Source: Candidatus Latescibacterota bacterium
GTDB lineage: Bacteria; Latescibacterota; UBA2968; GCA-2709665
DNA length: 64,000 nt
Reading direction: 5' to 3'
NCBI GenBank assembly: GCA_965219995.1
Contig: CBDCOX010000002.1
Coordinates: 4,384,001-4,448,000 of the forward strand
Below are positions 9,302 through 19,308 of the stretch, piece by piece (position 1 is the first letter of the stretch; each line of letters starts with the position of its first letter). The notes under the pieces were generated by a model. That model worked only from the letters and a program-made list of their open reading frames with translations. It searched no databases and was not told where the DNA came from. Both the position numbers and the translations under genes were made by a program.

Positions 9302-10333
9302 CTAGAACTGCCCGTTCCGGGCTTCGTACCGGGTTGGCTTGCCAAGCGTCGGGCCTCCATGAATCACCCAGGCGGCCACCCATTCCATCATTTCGTCGGA
9401 CGAGGTTCGGGGCAGTCCCAGGAGATCGAACAACGCCCTCGAATCGCCCAGCAGGGCCGTCGGACGCTCTTCGCCCTCGAAAGCCGGCGTCCGCCCCATC
9501 AGCGCGCCGAACTTCAGCGCAACGTCTCGCACTCCCAGCAGATCGGGGCCGGTCAGATTGAGCACACGGGCCGGGCTCTCGCACAGCGGAAAGCTCCGCG
9601 CAAGATAGGCGTTCGCGTCGCCCTGCCAGATCTGGTTCACATATCCCATGCTCAGGTCGATCGGTTGTCCGATCCAAACCCTCTGGGCGATGTCCAGAAA
9701 CACGCCGTAGCGCAACTCCGTTGCGTAGAACAACCGGATAACGGCGAGCGGCGTTCCGTTCCGCTCCGCGTAGTATGCCGCGAGCCGCTCGCCCCCGAGG
9801 CGGGATTGAGCGTATTCCCCAATCGGGTCCAGCGGCGAAGACTCCACGGAGCCGCCCGTGTCCGGAGAGACAAACCGGTAAACGTTCCCCGAGGACACAT
9901 ACACGATCCTGGAATCCGGAAACCGCTGCATCACCTTTCCGGGTAGCAGTGCGTTCATGGCCCACGTCAGTGGCTCGTTGCCGGTTGAACCGAATTTGTG
10001 CCCCGCCAGCAGGATAATGTGGCCCGCGTCGGGAAGACTTCGCAGCGCATCGTCGTCAATCAGGTCGCAGCGTACGGTCCGTATGCCGCGGGCTTCCAGG
10101 TAGTTCCGATCAGCCGGATTGGAAAAACGCGATACCCCGATAACGCCGCTGGCGCCTGATCGGACCAGAAGCTCGCCCAGCGTCAACCCCATCTTGCCGG
10201 CAATCCCCAGGATCATTATCTCGCCGTCGATTCCGGATACGGCATCCTGCACCTCGGGAATCGGTTGCGTCATCCGATCGACCAGCGCGGTCTCGTTCTC
10301 TATGGGATCAAGGGTAAACTTCGACGTCTCCAT
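9302..10333 (-). CDS. NAD-dependent epimerase/dehydratase family protein
   Basis: GIAGKMG Rossmann motif, SSGNVY, GEYAQSRLGGE; start at METSK after GAAGGAG. Confidence 0.8.
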   Translation of the reverse strand: METSKFTLDPIENETALVDRMTQPIPEVQDAVSGIDGEIMILGIAGKMGLTLGELLVRSGASGVIGVSRFSNPADRNYLEARGIRTVRCDLIDDDALRSLPDAGHIILLAGHKFGSTGNEPLTWAMNALLPGKVMQRFPDSRIVYVSSGNVYRFVSPDTGGSVESSPLDPIGEYAQSRLGGERLAAYYAERNGTPLAVIRLFYATELRYGVFLDIAQRVWIGQPIDLSMGYVNQIWQGDANAYLARSFPLCESPARVLNLTGPDLLGVRDVALKFGALMGRTPAFEGEERPTALLGDSRALFDLLGLPRTSSDEMMEWVAAWVIHGGPTLGKPTRYEARNGQF

Positions 10334-10622
10334 CGCCGCTCCTTCAGGTGCTGGACCCCCGCGAACACCGCGTCCGTCCAATCGACCGGCCACCGGGCGC
10401 GATTATCCCATTTCGCCGCCGGTCGAAGTGAGCCGCCCAGGCCGTTTTTCGATCCGACTTCCTCTTCGTCCGCGGGCGGAAATCCATAAGAATTTATTTT
10501 AAATCAATACACTCTTCTATTAACAAAACTAACGTTTTGCACGTTAGATCATACAATATAGACCGTAAGTCCTTCTCACACAACCGAAATCTGGAGTGCG
10601 CATGCATGGGGGGGTAAAAGAG

Positions 10623-10651
10623 TTGACTTTGATTCGACAGAAACCTAGGTT
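10623..10651 (+). promoter_or_regulatory. Sigma70-like promoter for ABC exporter
   Basis: TTGACT-17 nt-TAGGTT in AT-rich divergent intergenic region. Confidence 0.5.
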
Positions 10652-10740
10652 AAGCCAGTCACACGTCCCCAAAAAGCCGGACCTCGGGTCCGGTGTGAAG
10701 AAAGGAACGCCCGTTCCCTGCGGAGGAAGGGTTTTCAGCG

Positions 10741-12504
10741 ATGGATTTCCTCGTCCAATTCTACCGCATTCTGGAAGGGAAACGCCTTCTCATCGCCCTG
10801 ACCGTCGCGTGCGGGCTTCTGTTTGCCGCCGCCAACCTTCTGCCTCCGCTGCTCATCAGAGAACTCATCCGCTGGCTGACGGAAGGCTCCGGCGGCGCCG
10901 ACCTGCTTCGGATCAGCCTGCTTCTCGTCGGGGTCTACCTTTTCAGGGGCGCAACCAGATACGGTTATGGGTTCTTTTCCCACATTGCAGCCTATCGCGT
11001 GATGCACGATCTGATGGTGAAGATCTACCGACACCTGCAGAACATGCCCCACCGGTTTTTCAACACGCAGCGGACGGGAAATCTCATCTCAAGATCGATC
11101 AACGACGTCGAAGCCCTTGAAGACTTCGTGGCTCACGGCATCCCCGAGACGGCGCTGGCCGCGATCATACCCCTTTCAATGACTGTTGTGCTGTTCACCC
11201 TGAACCCCGACCTCGCTCTCATCACCCTGATCCCCATTCCGCTGACAGCGTTTCTGGTATACCGTTACGTTTCGAAGGTACGCGCCCTCTGGAGCGCGGT
11301 GCGCGCGCATCTCGCCGACCTGATCGCGCTCGTCCAGGACAGCTTCGCCGGCATCCCGGTAATCAAGTCATTCGCGCAGGAACACCGGCGCGCCCGCCTT
11401 GTCGAAGCCCAGAGCCGGAAGTTCAGAGACAGCAGCGTCACCGCCAACCGAATCTCGCTTCTGCCCGCCGGCATCATCGAGGCCACCGGCGGAATCGGTA
11501 TCGTCCTGGTGATCTGGAGCGGCGGTGAAATGGCGCTGGAAGGCGTGATTTCCGTTGCGGACCTCTTCGTGTTCATCGTCTACATGGGGCATATTTACCA
11601 GCCATTTCTCCAACTCGCGTCGTTCAACGACATCCTGCAGAAAGCCGCGGCCAGCACCGACCGCGTCACCGAACTCCTCGCCGTTGAATCGGACATCCAT
11701 GACGCCCCCGGCGCCGTTATGCCGCAAGCCATATCCTGGGACATCCGGTTTCAAAACGTCACGTTCGGATACGATCCCGAGAATCCCGTGCTCTCCGGCG
11801 TCGATTTTCATGCGGATGCCGGTGAAATCATCGCTCTTGTAGGGCCCACGGGCGCCGGAAAGACCACCGTTGTCAATCTGATCCCGCGCTTCTACGACCC
11901 GCAAAGCGGCGGTGTCTTGATCGGCGGGCACGACGTACGCACCCTGCCACTGGCCTGCCTTCGCTCACGGATTGCGACCGTGTTTCAGGATGTCTTCCTG
12001 TTCCACGCCACCGTGCGCGAGAACCTGCTCTTCGGTCGTGCGGAGGCTACGGACCGGCAGGTTCGCGAAGCGGCGCGGGCGGCCAATGCTGAAGAGTTCA
12101 TCCTGGATCTCCCCGACGGCTACGACACACTCGTCGGGGAGCGGGGCGTCCGGTTGTCCGGCGGCCAGAAACAGCGGCTATCGATCGCCCGTGCCGTGTT
12201 GAAAGGCGCGCCGATCCTGATCCTTGACGAAGCTACTTCCTCTGTGGACGCCGAGACCGAAATCCTCATCCAGGAAGCCATCGCGCGCCTCACGCGCCAT
12301 CGCACCACATTTGTGATCGCGCACCGGTTATCGACCGTGCGAAACGCGGACAAGATTCTCGTCTGCGACGGCGGTCGAATTGTCGAGTCCGGCACCCACG
12401 AGAAGCTGATGGTTCAGGATGGCCTTTACACGCGAATGGTGCGGACTCAGGAGATTTCCCGCGGCTGGCGGATTCCCCAGGCCAGGGAAAACGCTGCCGA
12501 CTGA
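10741..12504 (+). CDS. ABC exporter, fused permease/ATPase (MsbA-like)
   Basis: TM domain plus GPTGAGKT, LSGGQKQR, ILILDEATS, IAHRLST. Confidence 0.92.
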   Translation: MDFLVQFYRILEGKRLLIALTVACGLLFAAANLLPPLLIRELIRWLTEGSGGADLLRISLLLVGVYLFRGATRYGYGFFSHIAAYRVMHDLMVKIYRHLQNMPHRFFNTQRTGNLISRSINDVEALEDFVAHGIPETALAAIIPLSMTVVLFTLNPDLALITLIPIPLTAFLVYRYVSKVRALWSAVRAHLADLIALVQDSFAGIPVIKSFAQEHRRARLVEAQSRKFRDSSVTANRISLLPAGIIEATGGIGIVLVIWSGGEMALEGVISVADLFVFIVYMGHIYQPFLQLASFNDILQKAAASTDRVTELLAVESDIHDAPGAVMPQAISWDIRFQNVTFGYDPENPVLSGVDFHADAGEIIALVGPTGAGKTTVVNLIPRFYDPQSGGVLIGGHDVRTLPLACLRSRIATVFQDVFLFHATVRENLLFGRAEATDRQVREAARAANAEEFILDLPDGYDTLVGERGVRLSGGQKQRLSIARAVLKGAPILILDEATSSVDAETEILIQEAIARLTRHRTTFVIAHRLSTVRNADKILVCDGGRIVESGTHEKLMVQDGLYTRMVRTQEISRGWRIPQARENAAD

Positions 12505-12565
12505 TCGCCTGGCGCGGAAATAAGACGCCCGTTCGGTACTCAGTCTTCAAGGAGGAAAAAGAAAT

Positions 12566-12598
12566 GAGGGGGCGACCCGACGGATCGCCCCCTCTACG
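12566..12598 (-). repeat. GTAG-type REP-like hairpin between convergent genes
   Basis: Minus strand GTAGAGGGGGCGATCCGTCGGGTCGCCCCCTC; 10-bp perfect arms. Confidence 0.55.
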
Positions 12599-12623
12599 GC
12601 TGCTGCCGGCCGTGTGTAACCGC

Positions 12624-13622
12624 TCACTTCTCCCACACCGTCACGTCCGCGAATGCCGTTCGCGCTCTGTCGCGCGCGACGCGCTGCCCGTACGTGACGG
12701 AAGCACGGAATCCGGCCTGAGAAAGCGCCGCCGCCTTCGGTTCGAACCCTGCGTCGCAATAGGCCAGGTACCGGTCCGCTTCCGGAAGGGACAACGCGTC
12801 CAACAGATCACCCGCACGGTCCCAGAAGTCGGGATGGCAATAGACGTCCACCAGACAGCTTTCGGGCCAAAGACGGTCGAAGGACCACATCGCCAGACCC
12901 GCCACGGCCGTCGTTTCACGCTGCCGCAGCACGATCACGCGCGGGGGCCTTCCGTCCGCTCTTCGCGCCGCCGCGTCTCGAATGAACGGCAGAAGCGGGC
13001 TTTCGGTGGACTGCCGACCGAAAACCCGCATGCCCGCACACCGTGTCACGCCGGGAAAATCACCCGAAAACAGGGCCGTCGACGCCGGCCAGTCCCGCCA
13101 CTCCAGCCCGGCAGCGTCCGCCTCTCCTTTCGCGAAATAATCCCTCTCGAATCCTTCCTTTGACGTCGTGTAGAATTCCATGTAGCCGCTTTGGGATTCC
13201 ATGCCTTCGAAGCCGTGCGCCCGGTAGATGTGATAAGGGGGCGAGTCGTAGCCCGTCCCGAGGTAGAGCGCCTTCCCGCCGCGCCTCCGGAAATGATCCA
13301 TCGTCACGCGCATCAGTTCCATCGCGGCCCGCTTCCGTCTGTCCTCCGGTCTCGTATACACGTGTCCGAATATGCCTGCCCCCCGGGTTTCGACCGTGGT
13401 CATATTGGCAAACGGAATCCCGTTGCGATGCAGAACGTAGAAGTACGCCTCGACGTCCAGGCGCTCCCGAAGCACCATCGTGTTTCCCCAGCGCCAGTTC
13501 TCGCCCTTGTGCTCCAGCAGCGCTTCGATTCGATCCGCCCAGTCCGGATCGGGTCCCTTCACCACGCCCGCATCCACGGGTTCGCCGGATTTCAGTCTGA
13601 TTGTGTCAATGTGCTCGTACAT
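12624..13622 (-). CDS. GNAT family acetyltransferase with C-terminal extension
   Basis: GHVYTRPEDRRKRAA acetyl-CoA motif; IYRAHGF. Confidence 0.75.
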   Translation of the reverse strand: MYEHIDTIRLKSGEPVDAGVVKGPDPDWADRIEALLEHKGENWRWGNTMVLRERLDVEAYFYVLHRNGIPFANMTTVETRGAGIFGHVYTRPEDRRKRAAMELMRVTMDHFRRRGGKALYLGTGYDSPPYHIYRAHGFEGMESQSGYMEFYTTSKEGFERDYFAKGEADAAGLEWRDWPASTALFSGDFPGVTRCAGMRVFGRQSTESPLLPFIRDAAARRADGRPPRVIVLRQRETTAVAGLAMWSFDRLWPESCLVDVYCHPDFWDRAGDLLDALSLPEADRYLAYCDAGFEPKAAALSQAGFRASVTYGQRVARDRARTAFADVTVWEK

Positions 13623-13694
13623 CTCAATCCTCGTCTCCGGATCCGGGCGACGGATTCCATGCGGCCCGCCCGCTCGCGAACCGCGGAATCCGGA

Positions 13695-15209
13695 TTATCT
13701 CGCCCATTCGGGCAACCCTGTCCACTCAATGCCCAATGCCGGCCCGCCAAGGGCATATATGGCGCCCGCGATGATCGCGACGCCCGTCAGATTCAGGATC
13801 AACCCCGCGCGGACCATATCCTTCATGCGAACCCGGTCCGTGCCGAATACGATCGCATTGGGCGGTGTGGCCACGGGCAGCATGAATGCGAAGGAGCAGG
13901 AAAGTGTGGCGGGGACCATCAACAGAAGGGGATTCACCTGTATCGCGACGCCCAGCGCCGCCAGAATGGGGAGAAACATCTCGGCCGTTGCGGTGTTGGA
14001 CGTCAACTCGGTCAGAAACGTAATCATCAGGCAAAGGACGGCCACGAGCAACATGGGATGGACCGCGCTGAGCCCTGCCAGGCGATGCCCGAACCACATG
14101 GACAAACCCGAATCCTTGAACCCCGTCGCCAGTGCGAAACCCCCTCCGAAGAGCAGCACGATATGCCACGGCAGCTTCGCCACGGTTTCCCGATCCAGGA
14201 TTTTTTCCGCGGAAGCGCTGCGGGCGGGAATGAGAAAGAGCAGCAGAGCCATTCCCATTGCGACCGTTCCGTCATTCAGAAACGCGCCGCCTGGAAACAG
14301 CCCCGACCAACCCGGGACTACCGTATCGCCGATCCGGATCTCGTTCCTGAAGAGCCAGAGGAGCGCCAGCAGCACGAAGTTCGCCAGAACGACCGCTTCC
14401 TCGTAAGAGAGCGGCCCCAGCGCTCTGTATTGATCCCGTAGAACACGCTGATCGAAAGTCCTCGCCTGCCTGCCGCCGGCGTGCAGATGACTCAACAGCA
14501 GCCACGCCAGGACCAGAAAGAACACGGAAACCGGAAATGCGAAAAGGAACCAGCCCGCGAACGAAATCTCCGGCGCACCAGGGAAGTGAATGTTCAGAAT
14601 CCGGGCGAACGAGAGATTCGGCGGCGTGCCCACCAGCGTCGCCACGCCACCGATGGATGCGCTGTACGCCACACCGAGAAACAGACCGGTTGCAAATCGC
14701 CCCTGTTGTGTTCCCTCCTCCAGCTTCAACACCACCGCCAGGACGATCGGCACCATCATCATCGTGGTTGCCGTATTGGAGATCCACATCGACAAAAAAG
14801 CCGTGGACACCATGAATCCCAGGAGAATCCGCCGCGGACGAACGCCGCACCACAGGAGCACGCGCAATGCGATCCGACGATGCAGATTCCAGCGCTGCAT
14901 GGCCAGCGCAACCATGAAACCGCCAATGAACAGCAGAATGACGTGGTTGAAATAGATCGGCGCGACCTTTTTGCCATCCATAATTCCGAACAGCGGGAAC
15001 AACACGACCGGGAGCAGCGCGGTGGCCGCCAGCGGTACCGCTTCCGTCATCCACCATACGGCCATCAGCAGGGCGACGGCGGCCGTCCTTGTCACGACCG
15101 GCCGGCCGGGATCCAGATCGAAGAACAGGAGCAGCCCGATTGCCAGAACCGGTCCCGCGATCAGGCCGATTTTCTGCATCCTCGTGCCGGAATGTCTATG
15201 CAGATCCAT
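13695..15209 (-). CDS. SLC13/DASS Na+:dicarboxylate or sulfate symporter
   Basis: WISNTATT, GTPPN, ELTSNTATA, PVATPPNAIVF motifs; start approximate. Confidence 0.9.
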   Translation of the reverse strand: MDLHRHSGTRMQKIGLIAGPVLAIGLLLFFDLDPGRPVVTRTAAVALLMAVWWMTEAVPLAATALLPVVLFPLFGIMDGKKVAPIYFNHVILLFIGGFMVALAMQRWNLHRRIALRVLLWCGVRPRRILLGFMVSTAFLSMWISNTATTMMMVPIVLAVVLKLEEGTQQGRFATGLFLGVAYSASIGGVATLVGTPPNLSFARILNIHFPGAPEISFAGWFLFAFPVSVFFLVLAWLLLSHLHAGGRQARTFDQRVLRDQYRALGPLSYEEAVVLANFVLLALLWLFRNEIRIGDTVVPGWSGLFPGGAFLNDGTVAMGMALLLFLIPARSASAEKILDRETVAKLPWHIVLLFGGGFALATGFKDSGLSMWFGHRLAGLSAVHPMLLVAVLCLMITFLTELTSNTATAEMFLPILAALGVAIQVNPLLLMVPATLSCSFAFMLPVATPPNAIVFGTDRVRMKDMVRAGLILNLTGVAIIAGAIYALGGPALGIEWTGLPEWAR

Positions 15210-15289
15210 CGTCGCGCCTCCAATGGCCGGTGTTTCGCCAACGGCACAATATATGCACGCGCCGCCACCAAAAAAGCGCAAAATGCCCA

Positions 15290-15318
15290 TTGACATCCCG
15301 CCTGCCTTGACCTACATT
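15290..15318 (+). promoter_or_regulatory. Sigma70-like promoter
   Basis: TTGACA-17 nt-TACATT, about 60 nt upstream of ATG 15380. Confidence 0.65.
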
Positions 15319-15379
15319 GCATCCCGCTCGATTTCTTATGATCGCGGCCCGTGGGGTTCAGCAAATACAGAGGCGGTGG

Positions 15380-16453
15380 ATGGAGAACGGGAAGTTCGGT
15401 TTCGGGATTATCGGCTGCGGAGTGATCGCCCCCACACATCGCCAGGCCATCGACGCCTGCGACGCGGCCGAACTCGTAGCGGTCTGCGATACCGACGAAA
15501 ATCAGGTCCGGTCGTTTCTCGCCGGCGCGGATGGCGCCGCGGCGGAGATTCGCACGTATTCAGACTATAGAGAACTGGTCCGGGACCGGAATGTGGACAT
15601 CGTCAGCGTCTGCACTCCCTCGGGGCTGCACTGGGAAGGCGTGACCGCAGCCGCAAGGGCCGGCAGGCATGTGTTGTGCGAGAAGCCGCTCGAAATCGAC
15701 GCCGGCCGCATGACCGACATGACGGCGACCTGCCGCAAAGCCGGGGTGAAGCTCGGATGCGTCTTCCAGAGCCGCACCAGTCCGGACATGATGAGGGCGC
15801 GCAAAGCCATTCAGGACGGCCTGCTGGGTCAGATGATTCTGGCTGACGCCTATCTCAAGGACTACCGGTCTCACGCCTACTACCGGAGCGCGGGCTGGAG
15901 GGGCACCTGGTCGCTGGACGGCGGCGGCGCTCTCATGAACCAGGGCGTTCACGGCGTCGACCTTCTCCTCTGGCTAACGGGAAGCCCGGTTGAATCGGTA
16001 TTCGCGCGGGCAGAGCATAAGGTGCGCGACATTGAAGTGGAAGACACGGCCGTTGCCAATCTGAAATTCAGAAACGGCGCGTTCGGCGCCCTCATCGGCA
16101 CCACGTCGTGCAACCCCGGCGAAGCCCGCCGCATCGAGTTGCACGGAGACCGAGGCACCATCACGGTAAGCGGCAGTTCGATTTCCCGCTGGGCGCACAC
16201 CCGAGAAGAAGACGGCCGCGCCGAAGACACCGAACCGCCCAAAGCAATCGAAATCGAAGGCGCGGTGGCCGATCCCGGTGACATCGGCAGCGCCGGCCAC
16301 GTCTACCTTGTGGAAGACCTTGTCCGGGCTATCCGGGAAGACCGCGACCCTTACGTTACGGGCGAATCCGCCCGCGGCGCCGTAGACCTCATCCTGGCGA
16401 TCTACGAGTCCGCACGAACGGGCAGGGAAGTCGAAGTCCGGAACGAAGGCTGA
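15380..16453 (+). CDS. Gfo/Idh/MocA oxidoreductase
   Basis: GIIGCG, HVLCEKPL, GGGALMNQGVH. Confidence 0.9.
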   Translation: MENGKFGFGIIGCGVIAPTHRQAIDACDAAELVAVCDTDENQVRSFLAGADGAAAEIRTYSDYRELVRDRNVDIVSVCTPSGLHWEGVTAAARAGRHVLCEKPLEIDAGRMTDMTATCRKAGVKLGCVFQSRTSPDMMRARKAIQDGLLGQMILADAYLKDYRSHAYYRSAGWRGTWSLDGGGALMNQGVHGVDLLLWLTGSPVESVFARAEHKVRDIEVEDTAVANLKFRNGAFGALIGTTSCNPGEARRIELHGDRGTITVSGSSISRWAHTREEDGRAEDTEPPKAIEIEGAVADPGDIGSAGHVYLVEDLVRAIREDRDPYVTGESARGAVDLILAIYESARTGREVEVRNEG

Positions 16454-16512
16454 ACCGGGCGGTCCCTGCGCGGCATGCCGCGCAACAACCCCGAAAAGGA
16501 ACGATTTCCAAT

Positions 16513-17571
16513 ATGGCCAGACAGACCAAACTCGGCTGGGGCATCATTGGCGCCGGAATGATCGCGGGTCATTTCAGGTCGGCAATCGACGCCTGTTCCA
16601 ACGCGGAACTGGTTGCGGTCTGCAACTATAACGAGGAAAAGGGAAGGAATTTCGCGTCCGAGTCCGGCGGCATCCGGTTTTACAGGCATTATCAGGATCT
16701 GGTCGAGGATCCCGATGTGCAGATCGCCGGTATCTGCACCCCGTCCGGCATGCACGCGGACAACGTGATTGCGGCCGCCCGCGCCGGCGTGCATTCCCTC
16801 TGTGAGAAACCGCTGGACGTCACGCGTGAGAAAATGGACCGGATGATCGGTGCCTGTCGCGATGCCGGCGTCAAACTCGGCTGTATTTTTCAGAGTCGAA
16901 CCAGCGATGAAGCGATAAGGGTGCGAAACGCCGTCAGGAATGGAGACCTGGGCAAGCTGGTGCTGGCCGACGCCTTGTTGAAGAATTACCGCTCACAGGA
17001 GTACTACGACAGCGCCGGATGGCGGGGAACCTGGAAACACGACGGCGGCGGCGCGCTGATGAACCAGGGGGTCCACGGCGTGGATCTCTTGTTGTGGCTG
17101 ATCGACGACGACGTGGAATCCGTCTTCGCCCGCGCCGAACACAAGGTGCGCGACATCGAGGTGGAAGATACCGCCGTTGCCACCATCAAATACAGGAGCG
17201 GCGCGTTCGGAACGCTTATCGGCACCACTTCGTGCAATCCCGGAGAGGCGACGCGGCTTGAAATTCACGGTGATTCCGGGACCATCACCATGAGCGGTAC
17301 CGAAATCACGCGCTGGGCCACCACCACCGAGGAAGACGGACGCGCGGTTGACGCGTTTCCACCAAGGCAGATCGCCGCGGCCGGCAACGTGGGCGCCGCC
17401 AGCGCCGTCGCGCCCGGCCACGGCTTTCTCGTAGATGACATCACCCGCGCCGTCCTGGAAGACCGGGAGCCCCATATCCCGGGCGAGTCGGCGCGGAAGT
17501 CGGTGGACCTGATCCTGGCCATCTACGAATCCGCACGAACCGGACGGGAGATTATCATGGACAAGTGGTAG
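16513..17571 (+). CDS. Gfo/Idh/MocA oxidoreductase (tandem paralog)
   Basis: GIIGAG, HSLCEKPL, GGGALMNQGVH; strongly similar to upstream gene. Confidence 0.9.
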   Translation: MARQTKLGWGIIGAGMIAGHFRSAIDACSNAELVAVCNYNEEKGRNFASESGGIRFYRHYQDLVEDPDVQIAGICTPSGMHADNVIAAARAGVHSLCEKPLDVTREKMDRMIGACRDAGVKLGCIFQSRTSDEAIRVRNAVRNGDLGKLVLADALLKNYRSQEYYDSAGWRGTWKHDGGGALMNQGVHGVDLLLWLIDDDVESVFARAEHKVRDIEVEDTAVATIKYRSGAFGTLIGTTSCNPGEATRLEIHGDSGTITMSGTEITRWATTTEEDGRAVDAFPPRQIAAAGNVGAASAVAPGHGFLVDDITRAVLEDREPHIPGESARKSVDLILAIYESARTGREIIMDKW

Positions 17572-17905
17572 GCACCATGAACCAGGCGTCCTGTCCCAAA
17601 GATACCGCACCCTTCTTCCAACGATTCATCCCGTCGCGCTACGTTGCCTTCACTGATCCAGTCGAAGTGCCCTCGCTCGCCTACCTTGCGCAGGCGGGCT
17701 GTCGGCGGAAAGCTAATGTCTGTCCTCATCAATCAGACGCCAATCGGCTTACGACGGGATATCCTGACCGGAGGACTCCCAGAGCAGAGCGCGCTGATCC
17801 GTCCAGCAACGTGGTTCGCTGTGCCAACGAGGGTGTGAGGTCAGAGGATTGAGTGCATCCTGTGAGTGGGTTCGCGCAGTGCATATGGCAGGCCCCGCGC
17901 CCAGC

Positions 17906-17955
17906 GGCGACTTTTGGTTCCTTTTGGTCGCTTCAAAAGGAACCCGCCGGAGGCA
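17906..17955 (+). repeat. Palindromic element with interleaved (pseudoknot-like) pairings
   Basis: GGCGAC pairs with GTCGCT, which is in the loop of GGTTCCTTTTG/CAAAAGGAACC; ends CCGCCGGAGGCA. Confidence 0.5.
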
Positions 17956-18105
17956 GGGAATTTGGGGAGATGTGGATGTTGAATCTGACCTTCGTCTTAT
18001 AGTTAAGACTGACGGTTGACAACTTAAGGTTGTTTGCTGGATTTCTCCGGCCGAATTCAGGCAGCTTATTGCCGGGACGGAACACCGCATCACGCAGACA
18101 CATCG

Positions 18106-18149
18106 AAAGGAACAGCCGGTTGCGACGCCTGCAACCGGCTGTTCCCTTT
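18106..18149. terminator. Probable bidirectional intrinsic terminator
   Basis: 15-bp perfect stem GGAACAGCCGGTTGC/GCAACCGGCTGTTCC flanked by AAA and TTT, between convergent genes. Confidence 0.7.
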
Positions 18150-18170
18150 GTTACCCGATGTCGCGCGTCT

Positions 18171-19244
18171 TCACGCGGCGCAATCTCCCACCTCCACAAC
18201 TCTTCCCGTTTCCGCGGAGGCATAGATCGCTTCCACCACCTCAACGGCGCGAAGTCCGTCCATTCCCGAAATCCCCGGACCGCTACCGTCCAGAATCGCG
18301 TCGACCGTCTCGCTCAGATAGACCCGGCCCGAAACGCCGCCGTATCCTTCTACCGCCCCGGAGGCGACTCTCAACGTCTTCCGCGGGCCATCCGGGAAAT
18401 CAGGGTGGTCGCTCACCACGAAGACTTCGTCCGCCGTACCTCCCCAGGCCGGACTCCAGGAGACCGTACCCAGGGTGCCTCGAAGGCCGATGAAGAGATC
18501 CCTGCCGGCGGGATAGGCATCCGGAACGGAATAACTGATGTCCAGCGTGGCAGTCGCGCCCCGCTTGAACCTTACGATACCGAAACTGTTGTCTTCAATG
18601 TCCAGGTGATGCTGCTGGTGGCTCACCATGCCGGTCGCCTGTCCGACTTCGTCCTGAAGGATCCATCTGAACAGATCGATCCAGTGGGTTCCCAGGTTGT
18701 GCATCGGGCCGCCCCCCGCGATCGACCGCTGATTCAGCCAGGGTGAAATGCCATCTTCCAGGTACCGCAGGGGAGAGCCCGCCGCGCATCGCCCCTCGAG
18801 CGCGACAATCTGCCCCAGAAAGCCGCGGTCTACCAGTTCCTTGATCTTTCGGGATGCCGGATGTGCGCGCCAGCAGTAGGGCGAAGTCAGCGCCACGCCC
18901 GCCGCTTCCGTGGCCGCGATCATGCGCCGGATGCCCCCGGAAGTGTCGGCCATCGGCTTCTCGACAATCACGTGCTTGCCGGCCTCCGCGGCCCGTTCCA
19001 CCGCGTCGGGGCACTCGGCGTGCGGCAGCAGGATCACCGCGAGGCCGATATCCTCCCGCGCGAGAAGCGTGTTGTAATTCCCGTACCCTTCGATCCCGGT
19101 CTGACCGCACACCCGCTTCAGGTACGCCGGATCCGCCTCCGCGACGGCCCGCACCTCCGCCCGGGCGATGGCGTCAAAATGCGGAAGATAGTCCAGGGAG
19201 TGAAGATGGTGAAATCCGATGATCCCGACCCCGAGCCTCTCCAT
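18171..19244 (-). CDS. Gfo/Idh/MocA oxidoreductase
   Basis: GVGIIGF, HVIVEKPM, GGGPMHNLGTHWID; start at MERLG. Confidence 0.88.
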   Translation of the reverse strand: MERLGVGIIGFHHLHSLDYLPHFDAIARAEVRAVAEADPAYLKRVCGQTGIEGYGNYNTLLAREDIGLAVILLPHAECPDAVERAAEAGKHVIVEKPMADTSGGIRRMIAATEAAGVALTSPYCWRAHPASRKIKELVDRGFLGQIVALEGRCAAGSPLRYLEDGISPWLNQRSIAGGGPMHNLGTHWIDLFRWILQDEVGQATGMVSHQQHHLDIEDNSFGIVRFKRGATATLDISYSVPDAYPAGRDLFIGLRGTLGTVSWSPAWGGTADEVFVVSDHPDFPDGPRKTLRVASGAVEGYGGVSGRVYLSETVDAILDGSGPGISGMDGLRAVEVVEAIYASAETGRVVEVGDCAA

Positions 19245-19308
19245 CGAATCGCATTCTCCTTTTCTGCCGGCCGCGGCTTTTCCGCTCGCGACTCCCGGCG
19301 ATAGACGT

